Positions 1 through 12,334 of a stretch of 64,000 nt of DNA are shown piece by piece. The position numbers were made by a program, and so were the translations under genes. Location of the stretch: NCBI RefSeq assembly GCF_018350175.1, contig NC_058368.1, positions 161,264,001 to 161,328,000 of the forward strand, written 5' to 3'. Source of the stretch: Felis catus (taxonomy: Eukaryota). The notes beneath the pieces are model-generated. The model did no database searches. It had not been told where the DNA came from and saw only the letters and a program-made list of their open reading frames with translations. Within the stretch, counting starts at the first letter, position 1. Each line of letters begins with the position of its first letter.

Positions 1-127
1 TTTCCTTGATGAGACACAAAAACAACAACAACAAAATACTAGAGGCTATTTTTATTCTTATTTATGCCCTACCATATTGAACCAAAATAGGTTTTGATCC
101 AAGTATTATGAATATAAGCATTTTATT

Positions 128-330
128 AAAAAAAAATAATGTTTATTTATTTTTGACAGAGAGACAGAGTGTGAGCGGGGGAGGGGCAGAGAGAGAGGGA
201 GACAGAATCCGAAGCAGACTCCAGGCTCTGAGCTGTCAGCACAGAGCCTGATGCAGGGTCTGAACTCACGAACCACGAGATCATGACCTGAGCCAAAGAC
301 GCTCAACCAACTGAGCCATCCAGGTGCCCC
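128..330 (-). mobile_element. Can-SINE (SINEC_Fc-type)
   Basis: Reverse complement begins GGGGCACCTGGATGGCTCAG and has a CT-rich region and A-tail; TSD-like tataagcattttatt / tataagcattctatt. Confidence 0.95.
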
Positions 331-363
331 TTATAAGCATTCTATTTTAAAAATAGCAACAGA

Positions 364-560
364 GGGGTCCCTGGGTGTCTCAGTGGGCTAAGAGTCTGAC
401 TTCGGCTCAGGTCATGATCTCACAGTTTGTGAGTTTGAGACCTGCATCAGGCTCTCTGATGTCAGCACAGAGCCCTCTTTGGATCCTCTGTCATCCCCTC
501 TCTCTGCCCCTCCCCTATTCATTCTCTATTTCTCTCTTAAAATAAATAAATGGACTTTAA
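364..560 (+). mobile_element. Can-SINE
   Basis: ggggtccctgggtgtctcagt...ggctcaggtcatgatctcacag...CT-rich...aataaataaa; flanked by aaaaatagcaacag / aaaaatagctacag. Confidence 0.95.
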
Positions 561-1229
561 AAAAATAGCTACAGGTGTTTATTAATATTATTCTAGAATA
601 AAGTTTAATTGCACAAAAATGTAAATAAATGGTAAGGTTGGCAGGAAATAAGTTCAGAGTTGTAAGGCTGTTAAACTGTTCTTTTTTTTCCACTTTGATC
701 TTACGTTATATGTAAATGATAGAGCATTTTGATGGTGGTGGAGCATTATGTAAATAATAAAAAGAAAATATCTTCAGATATAAGTTGTTCTAAAATAGAT
801 AAATTTTGTGAGTGGAAAAATTCTTACTATTTTTATAGTGTCGCTTCCTTGCCTTCAAAAATTTGTAATTGGAAATAATTTGTGATTGGAAATAACGGCA
901 AATCTCATTTAATATATTAATTACAGTGAAGGTGGATACTTTTTTTTTAAAGCTACAAAAGCATTTTGGTTTTATTTTAATTAACATAATCAATATTCAG
1001 TGATATCTCCACAATTTCTCTATCCAAAATGAGTGGATAACATTCTGGTTGGAAGTTGAAGATTAAGGGATTTATCTATAATCTACTATTGTGTCGTAAA
1101 CAACTGTTTTTACCTGGTTGATATATTTATTGGGGTGATTTCTGAGAGAAATTAATGGTGAAAGTGTTAAATAAAGCCCCACAACCCAGCCACTTTTCAT
1201 TCTATTATTTCTTAGAGTCTCAGGGCTAC

Positions 1230-2840
1230 CAATCACTGAGCAGCCTAGTGCTACCAATTACTGTTGGGAAGTTTGTTAGCTGCTGAGGGAACATAAAATA
1301 AAAGAGACCTATCACTGCTCTTCAAACACCATAACCATGTGTGGAGGGTGTTGGTGAGAGTAGGTATGTAAGTGAATAATTTCATTAAAATGTAACAGGT
1401 GCGAAAAAGAGGGGAGCTAAGTTCAACATGGTGATTCCAGAAAGCCTTATGAATGAGGGGATGCTTTGATTAATCCCAAAGGGTTAGTCAAAGAATCTTT
1501 AAAAAGATATCCCAAGTAAAAGAAAAAACACAGGTACATCTACAGGTACAAAACGGTATGGTCTGTGAAAACAAACAAAGTAATTCTGTAAACTTTATGT
1601 TATCAGACTGCAGAAGAGAGAGGAAGAAATGTCTAGAGCTTTTGATATAAGGTAGGACGCAGCTCATACAAGGTCTTACATGCCAAACTAACTGATAATA
1701 AGGATATTTTGGAAAGCAAGATATTTTGGAAGTTTTAACCTGGAGTGTGATGGTCTGATGTCTGGTTTAGATGGGTGACTATACTGATGGAAGGCATTTG
1801 CACCTTCCATGAAAGCAAGTTGGATAAGAACACTAAAAGGAGGAATTCAGGGTACCAAAGCTGTCAGGGATAAAATTTGATTTGGAGAGATTTTCCTGGT
1901 AAAGTGATGATGAAGGTGTTGATAGTATGGAGAAAAATTGGGGGAGTGAAGTGTAGCAGAGATGAGGAAGTGAATTATGCAGATTCACTGTTAGGTGCCT
2001 GTGGGATCAACCAAGTGAATACGTCCAGCGGGAAAGAAGTTTCCAACTCAGAGAAGACTTCCCGCCTGGTAACTTAACCTTGGGATTTATCAGTAAATAG
2101 GAGGAAAAGAAACACTTTATCAATGTGAGACAGAGCAGGGCCTGAACTCAGATCCTCTCAACCCTGACTGCAAAATCCGGTGCCCTTTGGCTGCCTCTCT
2201 GACAAAAAGAAAAAAAAAAAAAAATGCTAAGGCTCTGTGTTTCTTGAGTTGGGTTATCTTACAGGAATCATGAAGGATGCTTACTGAAAGAAGGATGCTT
2301 GCTACAAAGACTGGCAAAGACCAGACCAAACCAGTCTGCACCCAGTTGGACCCTGGTACTGAATTTTCAGGACTTTTTCTCTCATTATAATACTAAAAAT
2401 CATGCTCAGGGGTGGAGATTTAACATTCTAATGAGACATGTGACACTTGAAGAAGTATGACTTTTAAGTGCACAAGTGCTAATAAACCCCCACATCTACA
2501 TGCTGAGACATCAGCCTCACTTTCTTTAAAAAACTCTCCCTGACCTCTCTCGCCTTGGGAAGTCATTCAAAGGACTGTTTCCTTTGTGCTTCCTCCCTCC
2601 TGCTCCAGCATTAAATCCCATTAAAGCCTTGCCTGAAACTCCTGTCTGACCTCTTGTCAGTTTCTATCACTTAGAGTGCCCAAGGGCCCAGTTTGATATC
2701 AAGGGATGGTATCAGCTAGCACAAATGTTAAGATAAAGAAAAATATGGACCAAGAGTAGACGTTTAAGGAATGAACTCTTTTTTTCGATTACAGGTCAAC
2801 ACAGTAAAGCCTATAAAAGAGGCTGAGAAGAAATACATCC
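1230..2840 (-). mobile_element. Degraded L2 LINE 3' region, interrupted by a MIR fragment (~2125-2200) and an LTR
   Basis: Purine-rich sequence resembling antisense L2 3' consensus; boundaries approximate. Confidence 0.55.
2278..2701 (+). mobile_element. Solo LTR, probably ERV1-class
   Basis: TG...CA ends (tgcttactgaaag ... ccaagggcccagtttgatatca), ATTAAA signals near the 3' end, typical U5 tract aaagccttgcctgaaactcctgtctgacctcttgtcagtttctat. Confidence 0.65.
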
Positions 2841-2869
2841 TGAAAAGTAATTTTATCTGGATTTTTGGA

Positions 2870-2980
2870 GGTAAATACTCTGAGCTTCAGAAAAACGCAA
2901 CTTGCCCAAAATCTTGTCTTGTCTGAACCAAGACCTGATCTCTAGTATTTTTGACTCCAAACATGGCCTTTCTACGGTAT
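2870..2980 (-). mobile_element. MIR fragment
   Basis: aacttgcccaaaatc...tttgactccaaac resembles antisense MIR core. Confidence 0.5.
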
Positions 2981-4296
2981 TGTGAAATCACCATACCAAA
3001 CTATAATGTTCTTAGAGTACAAATTATGTCTTCTACAAAATATCCCCCTAATGTGAACACATATATGCTTTAAAGAAACATTTTATTTTATTCTATAAAG
3101 GCTATAATGAATTAAGATAATTGTCCTTTCTCATAATTTTGACCAGATGTATCCATTAATTATGCTGCTTTTTAGGTAATTTTTTTTTCATATTAGCATT
3201 TTGATATTATAATATAATTTAAAAATCTGTCTTATGCAAGCACATTTAATTAAATGATCAAATATAAATTTACTCATAGTTATTATTATTATATTATATC
3301 TAATATATGATATATTAGATAATACATTGGAATATTAATTATTAATTATAAAATTATTAATTTAATGAGTTTTTATTCCAAAACAAAAACTTTTATTACA
3401 ATATTATACAAAATTCTAATATATGAAAATTTAACTGTTCACTCATGAAATCAAATGAGACCCTTTTCTATTTTTTAAACACAGCAGGATATTTCAATGA
3501 TGGATATTCATTGCACTTGTTCATAAAAAAAATATTTTCAAGACATTGTATTGGGGGAAGTATGAACCACTAGCCTAATCAGAAATTTATCATAATTATC
3601 AAAGTATCACAGTACCTGCCTTTCCCTACTATGGAGAAATTTTGCTATATGAAGCTATACCTTACAGAATCACATTAAAAACAAATTCAATTCTGATACA
3701 AAAATTCATGTTTGTTGACAATGACAGAAGATGTGTTTTCTTTGCTATATAATGCACCCAAAAGTTAAATTTTTCAAAGCAAGAAAATTTAACAAGAACT
3801 TAAAGAACTTTAAAATGACTTCCTCATATACTCTTCCATTTGTGGGTTAATTTTAGACATTTCCTTCCCCTAATTACTTATAGATACAAATGATCTTAAA
3901 GAAAACAGCAGAATTATCACTAGGGCATCATGACATTCTAGAGAGATCTATTGTCTATCCAATTACATTTATGGACTCAAGAACATTATGGAGTAACTTA
4001 CATCTACACACAAAGTACATTATGTAATATGTTATCTTGTCATTTTAAAAGTTATTTGCTATTTGAACCCATATAATATTATTTTCTTAGAATTCTAATT
4101 TAAGCATTATCCTTTAGAATGTACATGTTTCCTAACTTTAATACACATTTTAATTTTTTTCATTTTTTCAGTATTTACTAAAACATATTAAAGGCCCATC
4201 GTGTGATAGTATCTGTAAATAAAATGGTAAAGAAGACACAACTCCAGCCTCATAACTGCACCTCTTCTACAAAAAGTAAAAAAGCTACTATAATCT

Positions 4297-5770
4297 TGTC
4301 ATAAGTTGGGTTCTCAAAATGCAGATGCTAGCACAGAGGTTGAGGTGCAATATATTTATTAGGAACCAATATCTGTGAAATGAAGGGTGAGTAGGTAACA
4401 GGATTGGGCAATAGAGAAAGTTGAGCCATACAATGCAGGACTATCAAAGTCTTGGTCAACTTAGTAGAAAGTTTTAAAGCAAGTATTGACATCAAAGTGT
4501 CCTGTCTACAAGTGATACAACCAAGCCTTTGTCCTTCACTACCAGATGCAGGCTACATAAGAAAGTATATAACCTTGGGCAGCTGTGCTTTCTGTAGCCA
4601 AGCAGCCCCTGAGGATCTAACATACAGAAACTATCTCTCAAGTTACTCCCAGTGTGTTTAATTTATGGGGGATGTGAGCTGCACATCTCCATATGTACCA
4701 TACTCCACCATAAAAACATTCAGTAAATTACTGGAAGTGAGGGTAAAGGGCCATTCCTACTTTCTTTCCCAGTTCCTGAGGCCATGTATTCTTCCTACTG
4801 CTAGTGCAGAGCCATATAAAAGTCTTTAATTCCAAGCATATATTGCATCCAGATATAGGAAATCCTGTCACTGAAGTACATTGCCTCCAGGCTTCCCCTT
4901 AAGCTGGAATATCAGTAAACCTTTTCAATTCTCTATCATGCTAGAAGCTTGGGTGATATGGATATAAAGGACTCATGTCTGCTTTCCTTTGTAGAACATG
5001 CGTTACCTAATCTGACATATCATTATATGGGTTCCAGTGCCAGTCATTAAAACACTCTGTGAGCCACTGAATAGTGCTGGCTGAGACTATGAGGGCAAGA
5101 AAGGCAAACCTGTACTTAGAATATGTGACTACTCTTCTGATGAACCACAGGCCCTTCCAGGATGTATGGGGAACAAGGTAGTTGACACCTAGTACCCAGT
5201 TTGTCCCTCAAGAAATGGTCCCTATGGAGAACTCAGCATTGGTATCTGATGTTGATGGCTGGTAGATCAAATTTAGTGGAGTGGGTGCAGTTTGTTTCAC
5301 ACCACCTTAGCAGTTATTTAAATGTTCATTTGCTGAGATATCAGGTGATAGACACAAACTGATGTCACCTGGTCCATTTTGTCCGCATGAATGCTCAGTC
5401 TCTTCTGTGGTAGATGCTTTCTTGTGGTCATAAACATGTAATACAAAGATCTACTCACATTGTGTCCATTCTCATAGGTCCATTCACATGCTTTTACTCT
5501 CCTTGTACTCAGTCTCCTAAGTTGGTTATCCTCCTTTTCTTGGGCAGTTATCTGAATAAGTAGCTGGGACTTTATATTATACCCCAATCAGTCACCATAC
5601 AGGCTGCCCCAGGAAAATATATGATTTCAGGCAAGATGACTTTCTGCAGCTAAGGCATATCTTGAAGTAGCTCATAAATGGAGACCATGTGCTGACCATA
5701 CTCCCTGAAGCCCAACAACAAGTTCTTATTTGAAGGAGATTTTGGCTGTCCATCTCTGTATCTATCACAA
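4297..5770 (-). mobile_element. Deleted ancient ERVL provirus: LTR33-like LTR (4297-4702), internal pol remnant, second partial LTR (~5585-5770)
   Basis: tgtcataagttgggttctc...aggattgggcaatagagaaagttgagc matches antisense LTR33-like consensus; the two LTR copies resemble each other; minus-strand translation of ~5400-5495 gives SM*MDL*EWTQCE*IFVLHVYDHKKASTTEE, like ERVL RNase H. Confidence 0.75.
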
Positions 5771-5959
5771 ATATGATGTGACAGCAGCTTCTCTAACAGA
5801 AAACATGAAATATTTGAGGAGATTTAAAAAATATATATCCCATAGATATCCCATGATCAAATTATTTGGCAGGAATCATATATTATTCAGATGCAACAAT
5901 GATAGATTTTCATTTCATATTTTGATGAAAAATTACCTTTTTACTTCCTCTCTATCCAT

Positions 5960-6680
5960 TCCAGGTCCATGATGGGGCAACTGTAGTTACTTCGTTGTGT
6001 ATATAGGAAAGGGTAGTCAGACAGTGGCTCACTGAGGGGAGAATATGACTGAGCAGATATTTGAAATCAATCAAAAGATCAGAAGTTAGGTATATATCTG
6101 AGGATGGGAGAGTGAATTGGAGGATGAGTTTTTAGGTAGTGGGAAAGGTACATGTGCAAAGGCCTAAAATGAAAGAGTATTGGGGCGCTTGGGTGGCTCA
6201 GTTGGTTGAGCATCTGACTCTTGATTTTATGTCAGGTCATGATCTCACAGTTTGTGAGGTGGAGCCCTGCATCGGGCTCACAGTGACAGCACAAAGCCTG
6301 CTTGGGATTCTCTCTTGCTCTTTGCCCTTCCCCACTGCTGGCTAGCGCTCTCTCAAAATAAATAAACTTAAAAAAAAAAAAAAGAAAGAAAGAAAAAAAA
6401 GAGTATGATGTCTTGGAGAACTACCAGTTGTTTATTATGGAATGACCAGCATAGGGAAGTCAGGGAATAGAGGGAGACAGGATTGGAGAAATAATTTAAG
6501 AATATCTTTTAAACTTACAAGGCATGCTGTAGAATTTGAAGTTTATGCTCTAGCAGTGGTAGGAATCCATGGACATTTTTAATTGGATTAGTCCAATTGG
6601 ATTTAATTGGATTAGTGCTATGCTCATATTTTGTTTCAGAAAGATAAGTGAAACCACAGTTTGAAAGCAGATTCAAAGAG
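5960..6680 (-). mobile_element. L2 fragment, continuing the L2 tip at ~4160-4290
   Basis: gggaaaggtacatgtgcaaaggcctaaaatg and downstream sequence resemble antisense L2. Confidence 0.55.
6182..6397 (+). mobile_element. Can-SINE (older subtype)
   Basis: ggggcgcttgggtggctcagttggttgagcatctgactcttg..., A-tail, TSD aaagagtat. Confidence 0.95.
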
Positions 6681-7273
6681 GTACTCTATTCTCCTCAACA
6701 TTGACAACTTCATAGTATCCTTTTCCACTAAAAAGGTCTCCTATATTTCTGAAAGTAACTGTTTGCCATCCAAATGTCCAATTACCTGTGCTTCCAAATT
6801 TGCTGTAATAGAAAATGACCTTGAAAATTTTTTGATGAGGCCAGAATATAGAAGAAATCTAATTGTTATAGCCAAGAAAGTTTTATGGTAGAGTCATTGC
6901 ATCTATTTTCAAAATCAGATTTGATGGCTAAAAAAAATTAATTTTTTATGACATCTATGATAAATGCAGAATCTGATTTTGACTAGAGCAGTAAGTAGGA
7001 AGGAACCAAATCAGGTTGAATTCCAAAATTCTGGAACTAATAATAGAGTATAATATACAAGTAATCATGTAAATTGAGTAAAAGTAATGAACAAATTAAA
7101 TATCTTAATAATACTTAGATTAAAAATTTTAACATATAAAGTTTTACTATACAATAATCTTGCTACAAAGAACAGAAAACAAAGCTCCGGACTTTATTCT
7201 TATTATGCGTATTGTTTTTCCCAAATGATAGGACTTGGATTTTATATCAGGATAAGCTACAATGCATGGATTT

Positions 7274-7489
7274 TTTAAAACGTTTTTTTAAATTTATTTT
7301 TGAGACAGAGAGAGAGAGCGAGCATAAGAAGGGGAGGGGCAGAAAGAAAGGGAGACACAAAGTCGTTAGCAGGCTCCAGGCTCTGAGCGGTCAGCACAGA
7401 GCCCCACGTGGGGCTCAAACCCAAGGACTGTGAGATGATGACCTGAGCTGAAGTTGGGCGCTTAACCGACTGAGCCACCCAGGCTCCTC
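7274..7489 (-). mobile_element. Can-SINE (SINEC_Fc-type)
   Basis: Full SINE body; TSD atgcatggattt / atgcacggattt. Confidence 0.95.
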
Positions 7490-7547
7490 ATGCACGGATT
7501 TAAAAAAAAAAAAAAAGAAAAAAAAAAAAAAAAAAAAAGATCAATTT

Positions 7548-7750
7548 AGGGCCTGGGTGGCTCAGCTGGTTAAGCATCCGGGTTTGACTCAGGCCATGAT
7601 CTTGAGGTTTGTGAGTTCCAGCCCCCGTGGGGCGCTGCGCTGATAGCGTGGAGCCTGGAGCCTGCTTCGGATTCTGTGTCTCCCCTTCTCTGTGCCCCTC
7701 CCCTGCTCACGCTCTGTGCTTCTCTGTCTCTCAATAACAAATAAATGTCT
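7548..7750 (+). mobile_element. Can-SINE whose tail runs into a TA-rich array
   Basis: gggcctgggtggctcagctggttaagcatccg...cagagcc-like body, CT-rich region; left TSD agatcaatttag. Confidence 0.93.
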
Positions 7751-8380
7751 ATATATATATATATATAATATATATATAATATAAAATATATATATATATA
7801 AAATATATATAATATATAATATATTTAATATATATATTATTTATATATATTATATATATTATATATTATATATAATATATATAATATATATATTATTTAT
7901 ATATATATTAAATATATTATATATTATATATATATATAATATATTATATATATTATATATTATTTATATATATATTATATATATTATATATTATATATTT
8001 AATATATATATTTAATATATATATATTAAAAAAACAGATCAATTTAGCACGCTCTGTGTCTCTCTGTCTCTCAATAACAAATAAATGTCAATATATATAT
8101 ATTAAATATATATATATATTAAATATATATATATATTAAAAAAACAGATCATATATATATAATATATTATATATATTATATATTATTTATATATATATTA
8201 TATATATTATATATTATATATTTAATATATATATTTAATATATATATATTAAAAAAACAGATCAATTTAGCACGCTCTGTGTCTCTCTGTCTCTCAATAA
8301 CAAATAAATGTCAATATATATATATTAAATATATATATATATTAAATATATATATATATTAAAAAAACAGATCAATTTAG
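7750..8380. repeat. Complex (TA)n-rich tandem array containing repeated SINE-tail and TSD units
   Basis: aaaaaaacagatcaatttag at 8028, 8251 and 8361 (partial at 8138); SINE tail cacgctctgtgtctctctgtctctcaataacaaataaatgtc repeated at 8048 and 8271. Confidence 0.95.
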
Positions 8381-10518
8381 CAAGGGGTAAAAAGCTATCA
8401 ATATGTCTAAAGACTACTTTGTAGCTCAAGGGGGAGGGCGTAAATATATGGGGTATATATGGGTGGTATATAGGGGTATATATGAAAGAATACTGGCTAA
8501 AAAGGCAAGTTATGAAATGTGAAAGTAAAAGACAATAAGGATTCAGTACATATAGTGTAAAATAAAGTTTTGTATACATGAATTTCAGTCAAATGAAAGC
8601 AAAAGCAATAAACTCTGCTTGCATAATTATTACAATTAGAGACAGTTGATTTGTATATATTTAACCAGGAGTATGCTCTCTTTAGTCTATTGATAGAAAA
8701 ATAGTGGAGATAAGAAAGCATGCAACACAGGAACAGCTATGAAGATTTACCATGAAATCCGTGGCAATACACAATGGAAAAATATGACTAGTAAATGCTC
8801 ATGTATCTGAGACCATTTTGAGATATGGTCTCATTTTCTATTCCACATAAATTAACTTTTCCCATCCAATTAGAAATTCTCCACTTTAGTCAATATTTAA
8901 TTTTCTTTCTCTCATATTTTCCAAAGGATAGGGATTTTCTCTCCACTCTTCATTTAGAATTCAGATTCTGGTATGTTTTTCCAGCTGAATAAGCAAAATG
9001 TATAGATCTAGACAGTCACTAAGCAGGAGCACAGGTCCCAGTGAGGACTAATGGGCAAATTCCTTCAACTGTTTTATCATTACTGTCTTATTTATGTGAG
9101 TTAATGAAGAGAACAAGCTATGAGATCATTTCTGTAATTTTCCAAATAACTAAAGATGAGACCATTAGTAAATTCTTTCACCTTATTTGCTGATTCTTAT
9201 CTGTCTGTTTAATATGACAGATTTCTTTGCGTCTGAAAAGAATTTTTGTAACTCTGAGCACAGTCTTCATTACAGCATTGTCCCTAATTGCTATTTTAAA
9301 GCATTTTGTATCTTAGGGTAATTGTTATGGTAGATTTAAATAAACAGCCAGGTACCTTCTTTTGTGTGTGTACGTATATTGCTGTTTATTTTCCATTTGA
9401 ATTATAGTTATCCAGCATCATAAAAATCACATTGATAAAGTAATACACAGAGATTTTTTTTTATTATTACAAAATCTGGAAACTCAAGTAGGAGTTATGA
9501 GACACTGTGTTATGAATGGTGGCACCCCTTTTTGAAAAATGAAAGCAAGCTCTTTTAATGCTGTAATTTTCTACACTTGTCCCCATGCCCATCAAAAAAC
9601 GGGGTTAGAGCTGGGAGTTGAAAAAATTTTGTTTAGTTCTGAAAACTGTTAATAAAATGAAGACTCTAGATATAGGATAAGAAAGACAAAGGGATAAATC
9701 TATCTTAGGAGGAAGCTCTAGTTTCCATTTCACATTCAGCTTAATATCATTTATAACAGCATCTACCCTATTGTATAGCTACCTGCCAAGGAATGTTATA
9801 GTTGCCAAATGTTCAAATTAAATTATTGGGAGGGCTTCCCATTGAAAATGCATTTATGAATTTTATGGTGGAGGAACTTAAGTCATCTCCACATTCAACT
9901 CTCGAAAGGATCTGGTGAGGAAGCACTTGAACTGACCCACCTCCTTAAGGGTTTTTTATGGGTAAAGGGAAGAAAGGAAGGCATCCTGTGTTGGAAAGTA
10001 GAGTACTGTATTAGGGTAAAGTAGAGTTGGAAAGGAAAGAGTAGTTTATGGGCAAAGGGTTGTAGAGAGAGGAACAAATTATTCTAGCTGGGAGGAGAGC
10101 AGGTAACCAGTTTGACTGGCTTAGAGAATTTGGAAACTTGAGAGTTTATCCATAAAAGGGGTAGTATGAGTTAGGGTAAGACTGTGAAGTAATCTGAATA
10201 TTATCAATATAAAATGTTTGCACTTTACTATGTAGGATATAGGGAAGCATTACTCCTGGAAGAAGGAGATGGTGTCTTATTACTTTTTTCAACATCCAGG
10301 TACCTTTAAGTGTGACTTAAACTCACGTTTGGCATGATGATTTATACAGATCCATCTTCTTACATCAACTTCTTCAGTGTAGATCCTTAATGTGGGCCAT
10401 TAAGGAGTTCAAGATTTTATCTCAGTTACTAACCAAGCCAGGCTGTCCAAGTATTTTTCAGAATAAGTAGAATTTATAGTTCTATATGGTCATTAACTAT
10501 TTCTGTGAATTAAAATGC

Positions 10519-10764
10519 TTTTTTCTAAGTTTATTAATTTTTGAGAGAGAGAGCAAACAACCAAACAAAGAAACAAAACAAAACAAAACAAAACAAAACA
10601 CAAGCTGGGAAGGGTCAGAGAGAGAGGAGACACAGAATCTGAAGCAGACTCCAGGCTCTGGGCTGTCAGCACAGAGCCTGACACTGAGCTCAAACCCACA
10701 AGCTGTGAGATCATGACCTGAGCCAAAATCAGATGTTCAACTGACTGAGCCACCCAGATACCCC
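10519..10764 (-). mobile_element. Can-SINE with an internal (AAAAC)n expansion
   Basis: SINE body on the minus strand; aaaac repeats at ~10555-10600; TSD ttaaaatg. Confidence 0.93.
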
Positions 10765-10968
10765 GGTTAAAATGTGTCTATGCAGCATGACCAAGTTTCA
10801 ATTTATATTTCATGAATAGCTACTAATGTCATGCCAAGAAAACTGAAGGTTAATATATATGTATGATGTGTTTATTTTCAGAATCTTCTATATGAGGCCA
10901 AATAACTATAGTAATTTTGAGTCATAGACATCTTTCTTTTATTCCATAAACATTATTAAAAACCTTGA

Positions 10969-11184
10969 GCAATACTGTCCAATAGAATTGTTATGAATAT
11001 ACACATTTCTATATCTATGCCTTCCAACGTGGTAGCCACTATCCAAACCTGGCTATTGTGCCCCAGAAATGTGGCTGGTAGAGCTAAGGAATCAAATTTT
11101 AATTTAATGTCATTTTAAATACTTTATATTTAAATCTAAATCATAGCCAGTTGTGTTTAATGGCTACCATATTGGTCAGAGCAG
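10969..11184 (+). mobile_element. MER3-like hAT-Charlie MITE
   Basis: ctgtccaatagaa...ggtagccact...gtggct...tggctaccatattggtcagagcag matches the MER3 layout with terminal inverted repeats. Confidence 0.85.
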
Positions 11185-12334
11185 ATCTATGACAGTAAGA
11201 AACAGTTATGGTATCCACATTTTCACAGTGGTAGGAGAAAACAATTAAGTATAATACTTAAGTATAGTATGAAGCATGTAATATTAGACAGAGGGTGACT
11301 AAAGGAACATAGAAACTCATATTAGAAGAAATGGGGAAACACCAAAGAAAGTTTTTAAAAGGAAAGAAAAAAGCAGTTATGTTGAAGGATAAGTAGGCAT
11401 TAGATCCAAGTAGATCCATTCCTGCAGTTGCAAAGGAAACAAATTATAATGATTGTGGCCATACCCATTTCCAAAACTAAATTGTTCTATTCACTGTGAT
11501 TGGTGTTTATGTTTCTTCCTTTCAATTTTATACTCCTGTGTGCAAGAAAATAATCATTAGAAGATCCCACAGCAAAGTGTAAAGAGTATTCACCAAAATA
11601 ACAGATAGGTTCCCCATTAGATACCAAAAACTACAGGTACATATTCTGGAGGTTGGGAATCCACCTTTTCCACATGATATTTGAATGTTTTATTGCAAGC
11701 AAAATATAATTACCTACTTTTATGTCCAAAGTTAGAAAATAATTCCTTGCTTCTTTCTGTTCTGTAACTTTAAAACAGATCTCACTAAACATTCAGAGTG
11801 GAAATAGGAAGCAGTATTAGGAAGCTGGTACCTGCTTATGACAACAAACAAGGGGTCTCTTACTTTCCTCTTTCCCTTGTTTTCACTTCCTGTTACACTG
11901 CAATTGAATCTGATCTGCAACTTGTAATTTTTGATCAATTTGTGACCTACTGTCCACCGTCCATCCAATGGACTTCTAAGCTGATTCCAATTTCACCTCT
12001 CAGTTCAGTTCTGAGCTCCTATTTGCTCTGTTGCCCCTCCTGCTCCTGACTACTTGGGGTTAATGCACTTTCCCTTCCCTTTTGGAACTCTAGAAGCAAG
12101 ACCTCTGTGCCTATTAGTTTGGTTGACGCTCATATTGATTCATCATAGTCTTAAAGTGGTTTTATATCTTTCAGAGTTTTCTATTTAGTATGTATTCATA
12201 GATGCCATTTAGAGCACTAGCCATATTTTCTGAGTTCTTAAAAGGATTTGATTTTAAATTAGAAGCACACAAAAAAACGGTATGGGATATTGTTGAAGTA
12301 TTCATCTTTCTGCCCTTTGAAAGCACCAGATGTG

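Noticed and set aside
1787..2069. Short inverted repeats (atggaagg/ccttccat; ccagcgggaa/ttcccgcctgg), also tgagaccat/atggtctca at 8808-8833
   Set aside because: Stems of 8-10 bp are expected by chance in 64 kb and have no supporting context.
7750..8380. Repeat-spacer pattern resembling a CRISPR array
   Set aside because: The DNA is mammalian, the repeats are a SINE tail and TSD, the spacers are (TA)n low complexity, and there are no cas genes.
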